A stretch of 64,000 nucleotides of DNA from Octopus vulgaris (GCA_951406725.2 OX597814.1:31992001-32056000), one strand, 5' to 3'. Shown: positions 26,982 to 40,052, counted from the stretch's first letter. A program made the numbers and translations. Notes: a model not told the origin generated them from the sequence alone.

Positions 26982-27372
26982 CTAGCAGTATCGCCCGGCG
27001 TTGCTCGGGTTTGTAAGGGAAATAACTATAAAGCATTTTTAGAGAGTTATAGCAAAAAAAATAGCAAAAATTGCATAAAATATGGAAAAAAAATTATGGT
27101 AAATTTTTTTAATCGTTGACTCATCGTAGACATTTTTAGAGAGTTACTTCCCTTATATTTTAAAAAATATGCATTAAAATGGAAAAAATGAAGGTAAATC
27201 TTTTTTTAAATCGTAGACTCATCGTAGACGCGCGCTAATACCCAGAAGGGCTTGATATGAATCACGACTATAAGATACCCGGTTTGGGTTAAACTGCACC
27301 GCAAAATGTAGGAGTAGTTAGGAATCTAAATCGGAGTAGACAGACACACAACCTTTCTTTTATATATAAAGA
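26982..27372 (-). mobile_element. Non-autonomous Helitron-like element
   Basis: Minus strand begins 5'-TC(tttatatataaaag) and ends CTAG-3', with a subterminal hairpin cccgagcaacgccggg. Inserted between A and T with no TSD. Confidence 0.75.
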
Positions 27373-27698
27373 TTACTTATATGTTTTCTAAATCCTGACA
27401 ATATTTATGACCATACCCAACTACGAACAGTCAACTCACTCTGTCTATCCATTCAAAACAGACACTGTCCTCTAGCCTTAGATTTGGTAGTCGATAAAAA
27501 AAAGACTAATAAATTAAAGGCGAACTAAAATCATTTACAAGTTATGACACTAACAAACTTCATACAGCTCTTAGAAGTGTAGAATGTTCTGAATGACATT
27601 AGTAGCAATATGAACTTTCTTCCACTTCTTGCTCTATTAGAGATTTTGAGTAAGATTATATTAGTATAACCAACTGTTTAACAACATTCGATTTATCT

Positions 27699-27787
27699 AT
27701 GCAGCTGATGACAGCCCTGCATTTAAATTGATGTAAATCATTGCATTGTTCAATTAAATGGGGCCGCTTGAAACGGTCGTACTGCAT
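27699..27787 (+). ncRNA. Intact-looking type I hammerhead ribozyme with long stem II
   Basis: atgcag-CTGATGA-cagccctgcatttaaattga..tcaattaaatggggccgctt-GAAAC-GGTC-GTA-ctgcat. 6-bp stem I. The tail (atatcctgttgcttatgttgat) resembles the 3293/6325 family and runs into (TA)n. Confidence 0.85.
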
Positions 27788-27822
27788 CCCCTTTTAATAT
27801 CCTGTTGCTTATGTTGATCATA

Positions 27823-27890
<68 letters not shown>

Positions 27891-28181
27891 ATTTCAACAA
27901 TTGAGGGTAAAATTAATTAATTAATTATTAATCAATTTCACCAAGTGTTCAGTATGTAAAGGGACCATTTAAGGCGAATTCAAATTATTACATTATATAA
28001 AAGGGCTTAGTAAAATAAATTACTTTGCCACATACTGAACTTATTAGAAATAGTAGTTAAAAAAACTTTTTTTAAACTATTTCTAATACTTAAAGAAAAT
28101 CTCTCTCATATAGTGTTTGCTCAATTCAACTCACGAAAGTATGGGGGTAAAGACATTAAAAAATCAAATGCAAAGGTTATT

Positions 28182-28234
28182 TGAGAACGTACGTTTCAAG
28201 ATTAGTCAAACTCGACATTTCTATCATCAGCTCA
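28182..28234 (-). ncRNA. Type I hammerhead ribozyme
   Basis: Minus strand: tgag-CTGATGA-tagaaatgtcgagtttgactaatctt-GAAAC-GTAC-GTT-ctca. Confidence 0.8.
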
Positions 28235-29004
28235 GAACTCCTTGGTTTGGATTTGAAAACACTGAAAGTGGGAGCATACCCTTTCGGCTTCTTATCGCTT
28301 CTGAAGATCTGCTCGAAACTAACAGTGCCAGCACACCCAAAATATGCAAGCGAAGAATTTCTGCTCTCCCCTTTCCACCAGCGTGGGTTAAAATCAGTAA
28401 ACACTATGCCTTTTCGGTAAATCCGAAACATTAAATATTAAATAGAGAGAGATGAATTATAATTTCAACAATTGAGGGTAAAATTAATTAATTAATTATT
28501 AATCAATTTCACCAAGTGTTCAGTATGTAAAGGGACCATTTAAGGCGAATTCAAATTATTACATTATATAAAAGGGCTTAGTAAAATAAATTACTTTGCC
28601 ACATACTGAACTTATTAGAAATAGTAGTTAAAAAAACTTTTTTAAAACTATTTCTAATACTTAGAGAAAATCTCTCTCATATAGTGTTTGCTCACTTAAA
28701 TGGTCCCTTTACATACTGAACACTTGGTGAAATTGATTAATAATTAATTAATTAATTTTACCCTGAATTGTTGAAATTATAATTCATCTCTCTCTATTTA
28801 ATATTTAATGTTTCGGATTTACCGAAAAGGCATAGTGTTTACTGATTTTAACCCATGCTGGTGGAAAGGGGAGAGCAGAAATTCTTCGCTTGCATATTTT
28901 GGGTGTGCTGGCACTGTTAGTTTCGAGCAGATCTTCAGAAACGATAAGAAGCCGAAAGGGTATGCTCCCACTTTCAGTGTTTTCAAATCCAAACCAAGGA
29001 GTTC

Positions 29005-29057
29005 TGAGCTGATGATAGAAATGTCGAGTTTGACTTATCTTGAAACGTACGTTCTCA
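29005..29057 (+). ncRNA. Type I hammerhead ribozyme (inverted copy of 28182-28234)
   Basis: tgag-CTGATGA-..-GAAAC-GTAC-GTT-ctca, with palindromic GTAC loop and GUU triplet. Confidence 0.8.
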
Positions 29058-29248
29058 AATAACCTCTGCATTTGATTTTTTAATGTCTTTACCCCCATAC
29101 TTTCGTGAGTTGAATTGAGCAAACACTATATGAGAGAGATTTTCTTTAAGTATTAGAAATAGTTTTAAAAAAGTTTTTTTACCTACTATTTCTAATAAGT
29201 TCAGTATGTGGCAAAGTAATTTATTTTACTAAGCCCTTTTATATAATG

Positions 29249-29306
<58 letters not shown>

Positions 29307-29308
29307 CA

Positions 29309-29340
<32 letters not shown>

Positions 29341-29395
29341 CATACATATATATATATATACATATATATATATACATATATATATATACATATAC

Positions 29396-29440
<45 letters not shown>

Positions 29441-29501
29441 CATATACATATATATATACATATATATATATACATATATATATATACATATATATATATA
29501 C

Positions 29502-29557
<56 letters not shown>

Positions 29558-29574
29558 ATATGTGTGTGTGTGCG

Positions 29575-29790
29575 CGCGTGTGTTTTTGTGTTTGTCCCCA
29601 TCACCACTTTACAACCAGAATTGGTGTGTTTGTTTACGTCCTCGTAACCTAGCCATTCAACCAAAAAGATCGATAGAATAAGTATAAGGCTTTAAAAAGT
29701 AAGCCCGGTGTTCGACTTACTCTACTAAACCCATCCAAGACTGTGCTCCAGCATGGCTGCAGTCAAATGACTGAGACAAATAAAAGGAAT
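29575..29790 (+). mobile_element. SINE family A 3' half
   Basis: tttgtcccc...gatagaataagta...gtgctccagcatggctgcagtcaaatgactga. Confidence 0.8.
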
Positions 29791-30001
29791 TAATAGAGTA
29801 CATTGACAAATCGAACCGAATAAAGAGAGCTAACTCTTCAATTGATTGGAACATAATATTTACATCTGCGATTCCATACACACGTACATGCGTGTATCAA
29901 TCTATGAAATATTATTTGTCTACTTAACTATCTTTGCGTTTGTATTCCTGCCTGTCTAGCAACCTGTCCATTGTGTGCGTATGAGTGTGAATAAATGTGT
30001 G

Positions 30002-30047
<46 letters not shown>

Positions 30048-31628
30048 CATGGGCATGTGTAGAATGTGTAAAGTGAGATGAGGCAAGACAGTAAAGAAGC
30101 AGAGAGTTTGAGAGAGGCTATTTAGTCCCAAATTAGCAGGTTCTGGACAAGCAGTTTTAGATTCAGAATTATTAGTAGAAAAAATGTAGTCTATTCGTTT
30201 TATATATAAATCGAAACAAAATCTAGTGTCATCGAGCATTTTATCATTTTTATAATTTCTTTATTGATAAATGACTTCTTTTCACAACATAAAATGCTGC
30301 CCCTGCATTCTGTCGATTTGAACTCATAACAATGACTCATCAAACTTAATGCACCTTGTCAGCACGAATAATAGCACACAATACCACCATGTAAAGCTAA
30401 ACGTCATGTGAACATGTATTTAAATAGAAGCGTACAAAGTACATAGTGTATATAGATGGCGAAATGAATGTTCGCTTACTGAAAATCTTTTTAACTTTCC
30501 TCCAGATGTCCTTCTCTGTTCTTCTAATGAGAAAATCCGAAGAAAATGTTGCTATAATTTAGAGCAAAACGGAAGAATGAAATACACTATTACAATAATG
30601 CTTCTGGTTATCAATCCAGTGTCTTTGATGCAGAAATCAGTACTTATAGCTCGGGGATTCTGTCTCTTGTTTAGAACAGCTGCAATACATTAAGTACAGA
30701 GATGACTGAAAAACAAAATGTTCAGAAAATTAATGTCATATAGCATTGGGAATACAGTATTACATAAAAGCTGGACACGCCTGGAAGCATGTTATCTCAG
30801 ATCTACAAAATAACAGATGCAGATTGGCTCGCATTCTTTGTAACTGAAGATGATCTCTTGGGGAATCTACTACTTACATTGCCAAAGGTAAGGGCTGAGC
30901 AAAAGAAAATAAAGAATTCGTGTGTCCTATTGTCCGGTGAAGCTTCAGTAACAGAAACATCGATAACAAAGATTATTTACTAGATATGTCAGTGGGATGC
31001 AGGAATTCGAAATCGTTTTTACTGGTGGGCAATATACCATCTACCCAGTGGTAGTTGAATGCAGATAACATTTATGTAAGGAACTTGACTCTCTGGTAGT
31101 AGGAGGAATTGTTGGTTAATGTCTAAAGAATAGTAATCATTGCTAGAAGAGTGAGGCAGACAGACAAGTAGATAGAGAGTAAGAAAGGGAAAGAGGGAGG
31201 AGAGGGAGAGGAATAAGTAAGAATTAATGCTAAGTGGAAGCATCGAATACGTTAAATAATTATAATATTCAATAAAAACATGTGTTCTTGCTGTCTGAAA
31301 TAAGAATTGCAGAGAGAATAATTGTATTATAACTGGCATCGCAGACGCATCGCTATGTTAATGATCGAGAGAAAAAAAAGAATTTATAATCGTTTCTTCC
31401 AGTTCCTATGACACTAAGTGTTAGATTATATGTCGAATGCTGTAGATATCATTATGACTTATCCAACTGATCTTTCTGATATTCGATCTCAAAAATCTAT
31501 TATTGATTTATTTTCTTTATTTTGTAGTTGTGTATGTATACATGTATTGCCAGTTAAAATCAATTTAATCTTTTATATGATATATCTAAAAACTAATCCA
31601 TATCAGATGAATTAATATATTTTTAAAA

Positions 31629-32012
31629 GGCGGCGAGCTGGCAGAATCATTAGTAGGCTGGACGAAATGGGAAGCCGTATTTCGTCTGCCGTTACGTTCT
31701 TTCATCCTTTCTGGGTCGATTAAATAAGTACCAGTTACTCAGTGGGGTCGATGTAATCGACTTAATACCTATGTCTGTCCTTCTTTGTCCCCTCAATGTT
31801 TAGCCTCTTGTGGGTAGTAAAGAAATGGGTATTTCGTCTGTCGTTACGCTCTGAGTTCAAATTCCGCCGAGGTCGACTTTGCCTTTCATTCTTTCGGGGT
31901 CGATAAATGAAGTACCAGTTTCGCACTGGGGTCGATATAATCGACTTAATCCGTTTGTCTGTCCTTGTTTGTACCCTCTATGTTTAGCCCCTTGTGGGCA
32001 GTAAAGAAATAT
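31629..32012 (+). mobile_element. SINE family B, dimeric
   Basis: Two successive units ending tagcc.cttgtggg.agtaaagaaat. Confidence 0.88.
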
Positions 32013-32933
32013 AAATATATTTTTTAAAGAGATTTCGTGCATGAATATCTAACTGAATTTTATGGATACAGTTTAGAAATAAAACATCTGTCTCTTAGGT
32101 GTATAAGTAAACCCAACATGTTATATTTGATCTAGGCTACTGTACCACTAATCTTTGTGTATTCTTAGTTGTCTTTTATGACTTAAATGTAGTTAATGCA
32201 AGTTGAACTCATTGAATAAGATATTCTTCAGTCACACCTAGTGTGACACTCCTGTAATATAAAATGATACTACTACTAGTATGACTAATACGACGACAAC
32301 AACGATGACATTGACAACAACTAATACTGCTGCTGCTGCACCTATTATTGCTCTTTCTTTTGTTGAGTTTCAGACCAGCAAGTCATTCAAACAATGGCCA
32401 TCCTGTATTTTAAAGTGTCTTTCGGACTACGTTAACCAGTAAGTTTTTTTTTTTCTTTTTTGCTTTGTGTAAAACTGTGTGGTTTATCTGAATGGAGTTT
32501 GATTGCTAATAATAGCAGACTGAGGTACTATGTAATAGCTCTCCAATATCTTCATTATAATAATTCAATATGGTAAAATTCACATGTGTGAAAAATACCT
32601 TTGGTATTTTATTTTCATCATTTATATCTCTTTCAAAACAACGTAATCTATAAGCTAATTATCAGGGAAAAAGCTACTTCAATTTTAAACTGAGACAGTC
32701 TCCAGGGAATCACATTTACATGTTGTAGTTTTTTATGCATCTATATTGATTATTCTATCGGTAAAGTGGAACGTACTCACCTCCCCTTGGGGTTTTAGTT
32801 CAAACTCCATTTCATTTGACTAACTTTCATCCTTCGTAGTTGCTCAAAAATAATACTCGACTTTATGAAAAGGAATATACTGTTTGGCATTAACGAATAT
32901 GTCAAAATATACTGGTTACTTTTAGCAGAAATG

Positions 32934-33427
32934 GCTACAAATACTTTTGCCCTTGTAGCTATCTATTGAAGTGAAATTTCACTTCATTTCCCAGGCCAGA
33001 GCTTAAACATTCTACAAAGCATTCAGACCCTTATGCATATTAGCCAGAACAATTTGTAGTATATTTGAGAAAAAAAAGTCCTTTGATTTCCTCTTACAAC
33101 GACTTGCATTCGATTCTGATTTAAGCTGTTTCATTTATATTGTTTTTAATAACTACACCCACTTGATAGACTGTTACGAATGTAACATAATTGGAAAATA
33201 GATCCAGCTCATTATAATCGGAGTTTAAATTCTGCTGAAGTCAACTTTGCCTATCATCTTTCCAGGGTCGTTAAAATAGTAGAAGTCTGGGCTCGATACG
33301 GCTGCTTTAGTAGCTACAAATATTTCTGTCTATTGAAGTTTCTTCGTTTCCCAGGCCAGCGCACAAACTTTCTACAATGAACGCGTATCCTTATGCATAT
33401 TAGTCAGAACCATTTGTAGTATATATT
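32934..33427 (+). repeat. Diverged direct duplication (~130 bp, copies at ~32934-33067 and ~33313-33427)
   Basis: Shared tctattgaagt, tttcccaggccag and ccttatgcatattag.cagaac.atttgtagtatat. Confidence 0.75.
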
Positions 33428-33524
33428 TAAAAAGCAATCCTTTGGCTCGGTACAGTTGAATAACATGCATCCAAACTGTCTCCGTGCCAAATTTCAAATA
33501 ATTTTTCCTAGCATACCTAAGAAA

Positions 33525-33725
33525 AAGTTAGCACGTTAAGTAAGACGCTTGGTGGCATTTCATCCGTCTCAACGTCTTAAGATAGCATTCCGCCGTGGTC
33601 AACTTTAACCTTTCTCTTTTCGGTGTCGATAAAATAAGAACCAGCTTAGGACAAGGGTCGACATAATCGACTCACCCCCTCCCCAGAACTTGCTAGCCTT
33701 GAGCCTAAATTTGAAACCAATATTC
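33525..33725 (+). mobile_element. Degenerate SINE family B
   Basis: ttccgccgtggtcaacttt..gtcgataaaataag..ggtcgacataatcgac. Confidence 0.65.
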
Positions 33726-34043
33726 CTAAGAAACTTCGTGATGGATGAAACGTATTTTTCTTTTTCTTGGGCAGAGTAGCTAGATTGTTCCTTGTCAAAA
33801 GCAACTGATATTACTAACACACCTGGTTTGACGAGTATTCATATCTCATTTTAGATTTCCGGTTGATGGTAATTTGCTTTGGTAGCACAGATATCATCCT
33901 CCATAAATTATGTGAATATCTAAAAGGGATTTAGAACTAAATAGCAAGCTTAAAAACACTGCATGTCAATAAGGTAAGATGTTGTTTAGCACGGGTATGA
34001 GTGTCTAACATTGAAATACTAAGAAAAATATCAGTTTTATATA

Positions 34044-34195
34044 TGGCTGTGTGGTAAGAAGCTTGATTCCCAACCACATGGTTCCGGGTTCAGTTCCACT
34101 GCGTGGCATCTTGGGCAAGTGTCGTCTAATTTAACCTAAGGCCGACCAAAACCTTGTGAGTAAATTTTGTAAATGGGAAATGAAAGAAGCCCGTC

Positions 34196-34247
<52 letters not shown>

Positions 34248-34612
34248 AACTGACTACCCTATATTTTACGTATATTTAGCGATTTTAAAAGATTATTTCG
34301 GCATTTATTCATTTACTGCAGACTGTAACTGCGCTTGCGCGGTGAATTTGAAAAGTCATAATGTATAACGATGAGACAGGTGTTATTCGTCTCTTAATTA
34401 TATGTTAGTGTTATGGCGAGGTCACTGACGAGAAATTTCGCCTAGAAAATTATTTTATTTGCTAAAAAAATTTGAAATCTAGGTCTGACCGGATTAAAAT
34501 AACAAGGTAAAAGTACTTGGCTTCCAAAGAATAAGTCTTGGGGTCGATTTGTTCGACTAAAGGCGGTGACCCTGCATGACCGCAGTGATATAATTAAAAC
34601 AAGTAAAAGACA
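34044..34612 (+). mobile_element. SINE family A split at its internal (TA)n by a hammerhead-bearing insert (~34245-34510)
   Basis: 5' half at 34044-34200 and 3' tail at 34511-34612. Confidence 0.8.
34420..34490 (+). ncRNA. Type I hammerhead ribozyme
   Basis: ggtca-CTGACGA-gaaattt..aaaattt-GAAA-TCTAG-GTC-tgacc. 5-bp stem I, near-palindromic stem III, GUC triplet. Confidence 0.78.
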
Positions 34613-36972
34613 AAATGAATGCATATATATATAGTAAGGATATCCAAGCATACAACGAATTTCTCAGTGTGTAAAATGCCAAGGCTGGTTCCTTCCAGTG
34701 ATGTGTTTAATAGTAAAATTCATTTACCGAAGTCAGTTTTTCCCGAGCTACTTAGAGTGTAAAGTACACTATTGATAAGAAGAATGAAGAATTCGAACAA
34801 TCAAACTTTGTTTATTTACAGTTGGTTTATTCATAATTATCCAACACATTTCCGGTTGCATTAATTGCATATTGTTGCATATTTATTTGCAGTGATTTAT
34901 GCATTATTAGTACGATCTCTTCAGGGTGTATAAATATAACATTGTTCGAATAGGAATTATTCTCCGTTATTAGTCTAAATTAGGCTTGATAACAGTAGTG
35001 GTGAACCATGACGTTCATCGATAAGCCGTTTTGCACAACTGATTGTTTGGGTGAAATTCAGCAGCACGAGGAGCAGTTGTTCACCAGGCCTTTCGTGATA
35101 ATCTTAAAGCCAGGAAATTTTCGGCACATCTCATATACGGATGTATGAAAATGTGTGAGTGCGTGTGTGATTATAATATATGTATTTATGAAAATATTTT
35201 ACGATTTCGCTTAGACACAGCGATAATCATAACCTGTTTTTAGAAACTAATATACAAATGCTTCAGAATAAATCGTTTGTAGAATACGGAGCGTAATATG
35301 CAAGTCGTGAAATGAAAATGGTACAGGCGTTATGTAATCAACTTCATTATTTTAGAAGCAGTACACTCACAGGTCAGTGCTGATGCAATACCTTATTGTA
35401 CATTCAGAGATTGACATGTGTATATAAACAAAAAGATTATTAGCAACAGAATCCGTATTAAAACCAATATATGTGTGTGTTTTCGTGCGTGTATGTGTTC
35501 GTGTATGCCGGGGTGTATGTGTATGTCTGTGCAAGCACAAGCACACACATATGTTCAGTGAGAACCATAATAATTCAGTGAAAAATGTATAATAAAGAGA
35601 ACTTAGAAAAGTTAATTGGCAAAGTTTTATTAGAAACATCGGAACAATTTAAGCTGGTTCCATTGGTTATACGGAACACGATAAAATACCATAAATTTTT
35701 GAAGTTGTAAGGAAAATTTATGAACAAGTTGCATATATATTTTTCTTCATGTTTCCTTGCATATCATATTCAGTATCGGCAACAAACACTTTCGAATAAA
35801 AGAAAAGAATCAACCATATGCTTCAAGACATTTCTCCGAATGCCTCGTGCTCACCAATATTGAAACGATTGCATTTGAGTCGATGTTTTGTGAGGAAAAT
35901 TAATATTATTTAAATACACTCATGTAGAAACAAAGAGTTTTAAAACTAACTTTGAACAAGCGATTAATATTTGATAACAATCACAAAAACACATGTGGTA
36001 CTCATGTAATATATCGTATAATATAGATTAAAACTACGTATGGTTATTCTATTGACAATTCTCATTATTAAAGATCAGCTGTGTCGAGAACGTTTTCATT
36101 ACATTCTAAGATGATTACAACAATTTTGCTGTTAATACATATGCTTCGTAACTCTTTGAATTTGATATACATACCTATATATATATACATGAATAAATAT
36201 ATACATGAATATATATATATGAATATACATATATGTATGTATATATATATTAATATATATATATAGATATAGATATGAATATAAACACACACCTGTGTAT
36301 ATAACTATAATGTATACGTGTGTGTGCGAACATCTCTGTGCTTGAGTGTACTTATATTTGCATATGTTTGTATATATATATACATATATATATATGTATA
36401 GATATATGTGTGTGTGTATATATATAGAGAGAGATACACAGATAGATTGTCACACATATTTGCGTCTTCATATACATGTACATACATACATACATATCTA
36501 TCTATCTGTCTATATATATATGTATATATATATGTATGTATATGTGTGTATGTATGTACATTTATACGCACGAATGTATTGAATATGTGTAGACATTTAG
36601 CCTGAGAGACTAAAAGTTACATCAATTATAGTTAGATTCGTAAATGATTTTCTGAACTGAAAAACTTACAGTTAATCTTCTGCTGAGAAACTTGCACAGA
36701 AATTTGGTTGCAATCTGCTTTACATGTGTTCAACGCGCGCACTACATCTTTTTGCTTTTTGTTTTCATTATATATTTACGAGTTGATTTCTCTGCAATTG
36801 TGTCGTTTTATCCGCTTATATGCTTTTTCCTTTATAAGTATTAAAGAAAATTGTGTTTAATATAAGAGTGCTCCCTTTCTAGATCTATCTCTTTCCTCTT
36901 CTCAGCTAAGTTTTTATTAGAATGCGTTAAAGGATTTCATTCGCAAATGTCGAACATAACTTTTAGCAACAC

Positions 36973-37188
36973 TTTTGCTCTTTTACTTGTTTTTGTCATT
37001 TGACTGTGGCCATGTTGGAGCACCGCCTTTAGTCGAGGAAATCGACCCCAGGACTTATCCTTTGTAAGCCTCGTACTTATTCCTTCGGATCTCTTATGCC
37101 GAACCGCTAAGTTACGGGAACGTAAACACACCAGCATCGGTTGTCAAGCGACGTTGGGAGAGGGGCAAACAGAAACACAAAAACGTAC

Positions 37189-37249
<61 letters not shown>

Positions 37250-37373
37250 TACTGATAGGGCACAGAAAGTGTGTCTATGGCCAGCTGGAGGAGTGTGTCT
37301 TCCTGGGGCTAAAAACTACAGTAGCATCCACCCTCAGGGGTTAGCCATATTGAAATGGCAAATATACGTCACG

Positions 37374-37424
<51 letters not shown>

Positions 37425-37572
37425 CACACGACGGGCTTCTTTCAGTTTCCGTCTACCACATCCACCCGAAGATATAGTAGAAGACACTTGGCCAAGATGC
37501 CACGAAGTGGGACTGAACCCGGAACCACGTGGTTCGTAAGCTAGCTACTTACCACACAGCCACTCCTACGCC
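36973..37572 (-). mobile_element. SINE family A with a ~120-bp foreign insert (37251-37373) in its internal (TA)n
   Basis: Reverse-complement family A head at 37572 and tail at 36973. Confidence 0.85.
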
Positions 37573-38389
37573 TTGTATATTCCATTTCACCTTCAGATCT
37601 TAGTTGACTAAGAATTTAACCTAATATAATAAACGTACTTGACATCTCCAATTACAAGAAGAATTTTCATGGTTTTCTTTCTTATACGACCTATATGCAA
37701 AATAAGAAAATGTCAACAACCTATGAAGTCAACTAGGAAGTTTTTATATTTTTGCTCGATGAGCCAGATATAACAGCCAAATGTTCTTCATATTATAACT
37801 TATCTACTGACAAAAAAGTGAAGATTACCGCAGATATTATAATCCTAATGTATTCTGCCTATAGAAAAAGACCTGATATTCATGTTTGGAATGTCTTTCA
37901 TGATTAAGTTTGAAGTGAATTAAGCAACAACCTGGGGGTACACACTCACCTGCTACTTGGAAAATGAATTGATAAATGCATGCATCAAGTGCGCCAGCGC
38001 CTATTTGTGTTATTCAGTAACATCGTTACTAAATTTGTATCTTGAAGTTGCTACGGTGTTAACTTTGCCCCTAGTCCTTTTCTTATTCGATGAATCACTT
38101 ATATACTGGTTTGGTTTAATCGAACCTATTTGTTTTAAAAATGTTGTAACCTTGAGAAACTGTTCGAAATTAAGATTAGTCATCGCCCTATTCAAAGACA
38201 CGCTTCTATCTCAGCAGCAAAATTTTCATTGCCATGTCATATATTTAACTCGTTTATCATAACGGATTACTTTTTCATTCTTTTTTCGATATCTCCATCC
38301 AGTATTGAAATATTACGAAAAATAACTAAGCAACCACCTGTTCTTGAGAATATGTAATTTGAACGCAGTATGTTTATTTCAAATATGGT

Positions 38390-38774
38390 GGAGGCGCAAT
38401 GGCCCAGTGGTTAGGGCAGCGGATTCGCGCTTGTACGATCGCGGTTTCGATTCCCAGACCGGGCGTTCCGAGTGTTTATTGAGCGAAAACACCTAAAGCT
38501 CCACGAGGCTCCGGCAGGGGATGGTGGTGATCCCTGCTGTACTCTTTCACCACAACTTTCTCTCACTCTTACTTCTTATTTCTGTTGTACCTGTATTTCA
38601 AAGGGCCGGCCTTGTCACTCTCTGTGTCACGCTGAATACCCCCGAGAACTACGTTAAGGGTACACGTGTCTGTGGAGTGCTCAGCCACTTACACGTTAAT
38701 TTCACGAGCAGGCTGTTCCGTTGAATCGGAACCCTCATCGGAACCCTCATCGTCGTAACCGACGGAGTGCTTCC
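38390..38774 (+). mobile_element. SINE family C (tRNA-derived head), full length
   Basis: tggcccagtggttagggcagcgg (A box) ... ggtttcgattccc (B box). Possible TSD atttcaaat. Second copy at 42047. Confidence 0.88.
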
Positions 38775-38859
38775 TTCATTTCAAATGTAACTTATAATAA
38801 CAGTTTGCTCATGTACATATAAAGATGCAAGATTTATTTTAATGTATAATATTTGTTTC

Positions 38860-39015
38860 AGAGTTTGGCACCAGGCGAGCAATTACCGGATAAAAGTCGA
38901 TGACATTGATTTTATCGACCCCAGAAAGGAAGAACGGTAAAGTAGACCTCGGCGGAATTTGAACCCGCAAAGAGTTTTGACCGACGTGCTAATGATTCTA
39001 CCAGGTCACCGCCTT
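38860..39015 (-). mobile_element. Degenerate SINE family B
   Basis: tttatcgacccc..gacctcggcggaatttgaac..gtcaccgcctt. Confidence 0.7.
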
Positions 39016-39378
39016 ATTTTAAGCTATAAAATTAAATGCCTATTTATTTAGATTTTCAAGCTTCAAATGGTATATAAGCAACATGTTTCACGGAAGAAAG
39101 GCCTAATATTTATATTATTTTTGTTAGACCTGAACTATTACTATTAGTATTATTTGATTGCACGAAAATCAAATGACATTCTGAGACCTTTTTACACTGC
39201 TAAGAACAGCGTGGTAGATTCATTCGATGGCAGTAAAATACTGGTATGATCATTGCTATATTAATAAAATCATTGAGTGACAGACACCTGTTTTCAAACG
39301 CGAGACATTGCACCTGACGATGTATAACATTACTTATTAATTTTGAATATTAGAGGTTATTAATTTGGAAGAAATATA

Positions 39379-39603
39379 CTCTTTTACTCTTTTAATTGTT
39401 TCAGTCATTTGACTGTGGCCATGCTGAAGCACCGCCTTTAATCGAGCAAATCGATCCCAGGACTTATTCTTTGTAAGCCTAGTACTTATTCTACCGGTCT
39501 CTTTTGCCGAACCGCTAAGGTACGGGGACGTAAACACACCAGCAGCGGTTGCCAAGCGATGTTGAGTGGGGGGCAAACACAGACACACAAAGGTATACAC
39601 ACG

Positions 39604-39641
<38 letters not shown>

Positions 39642-39781
39642 TACGATGGGTGTCTTTCAGTTTCCTTCCACCAAATCCATTCACAAGGCTTTGGTCGGCC
39701 TGAGACTATATTAGAAACACTTGCCCAAGTTGCCATGTGGTTCGTAAGCAAGCTACTTACCACACAACCACTCCTACGCCT
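39379..39781 (-). mobile_element. SINE family A, near full length
   Basis: Reverse complement of family A. Confidence 0.9.
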
Positions 39782-40052
39782 ACGTCTATGGCATCAACTA
39801 AATCGGTTTCAACACTTGAATGATACCTTATTTATTGGCTTCAGAATGTTGAGAACAAAATGTGTATTTGGAACTCATGACAGGTAAGGAACGTAATTGC
39901 ATAATGTCCTCTGTGCAATCTGTTATCCCTTGCATGCGGTGTCACCAGCACCTTCACTACTATAATAATAACTCTGTTCGTAGTAGGTGTTTAGCACTCA
40001 GCAAGGATCATCAGGAGGGTTCTAAGCACTTGAGAATCCACATAATGCCTAC

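Larger units (their letters stand above)
27891..29250. mobile_element. Tandem + inverted array of a 571-bp hammerhead-bearing unit between two long (TA)n tracts
   Basis: Unit 1 at 27891-28461 and partial unit 2 at 28462-28694. 28695-29250 is the reverse complement of 27989-28544. Confidence 0.9.

Noticed and set aside
28117-29122. Duplicated 105-aa and 84-aa ORFs
   Set aside because: They appear twice only because of the inverted duplication. They overlap the ribozymes, start at non-ATG or weak starts and resemble no protein I recognise.
38390-38462. tRNA gene
   Set aside because: It is the tRNA-like head of a SINE and continues into the same ~300-bp body as the copy at 42047-42433.
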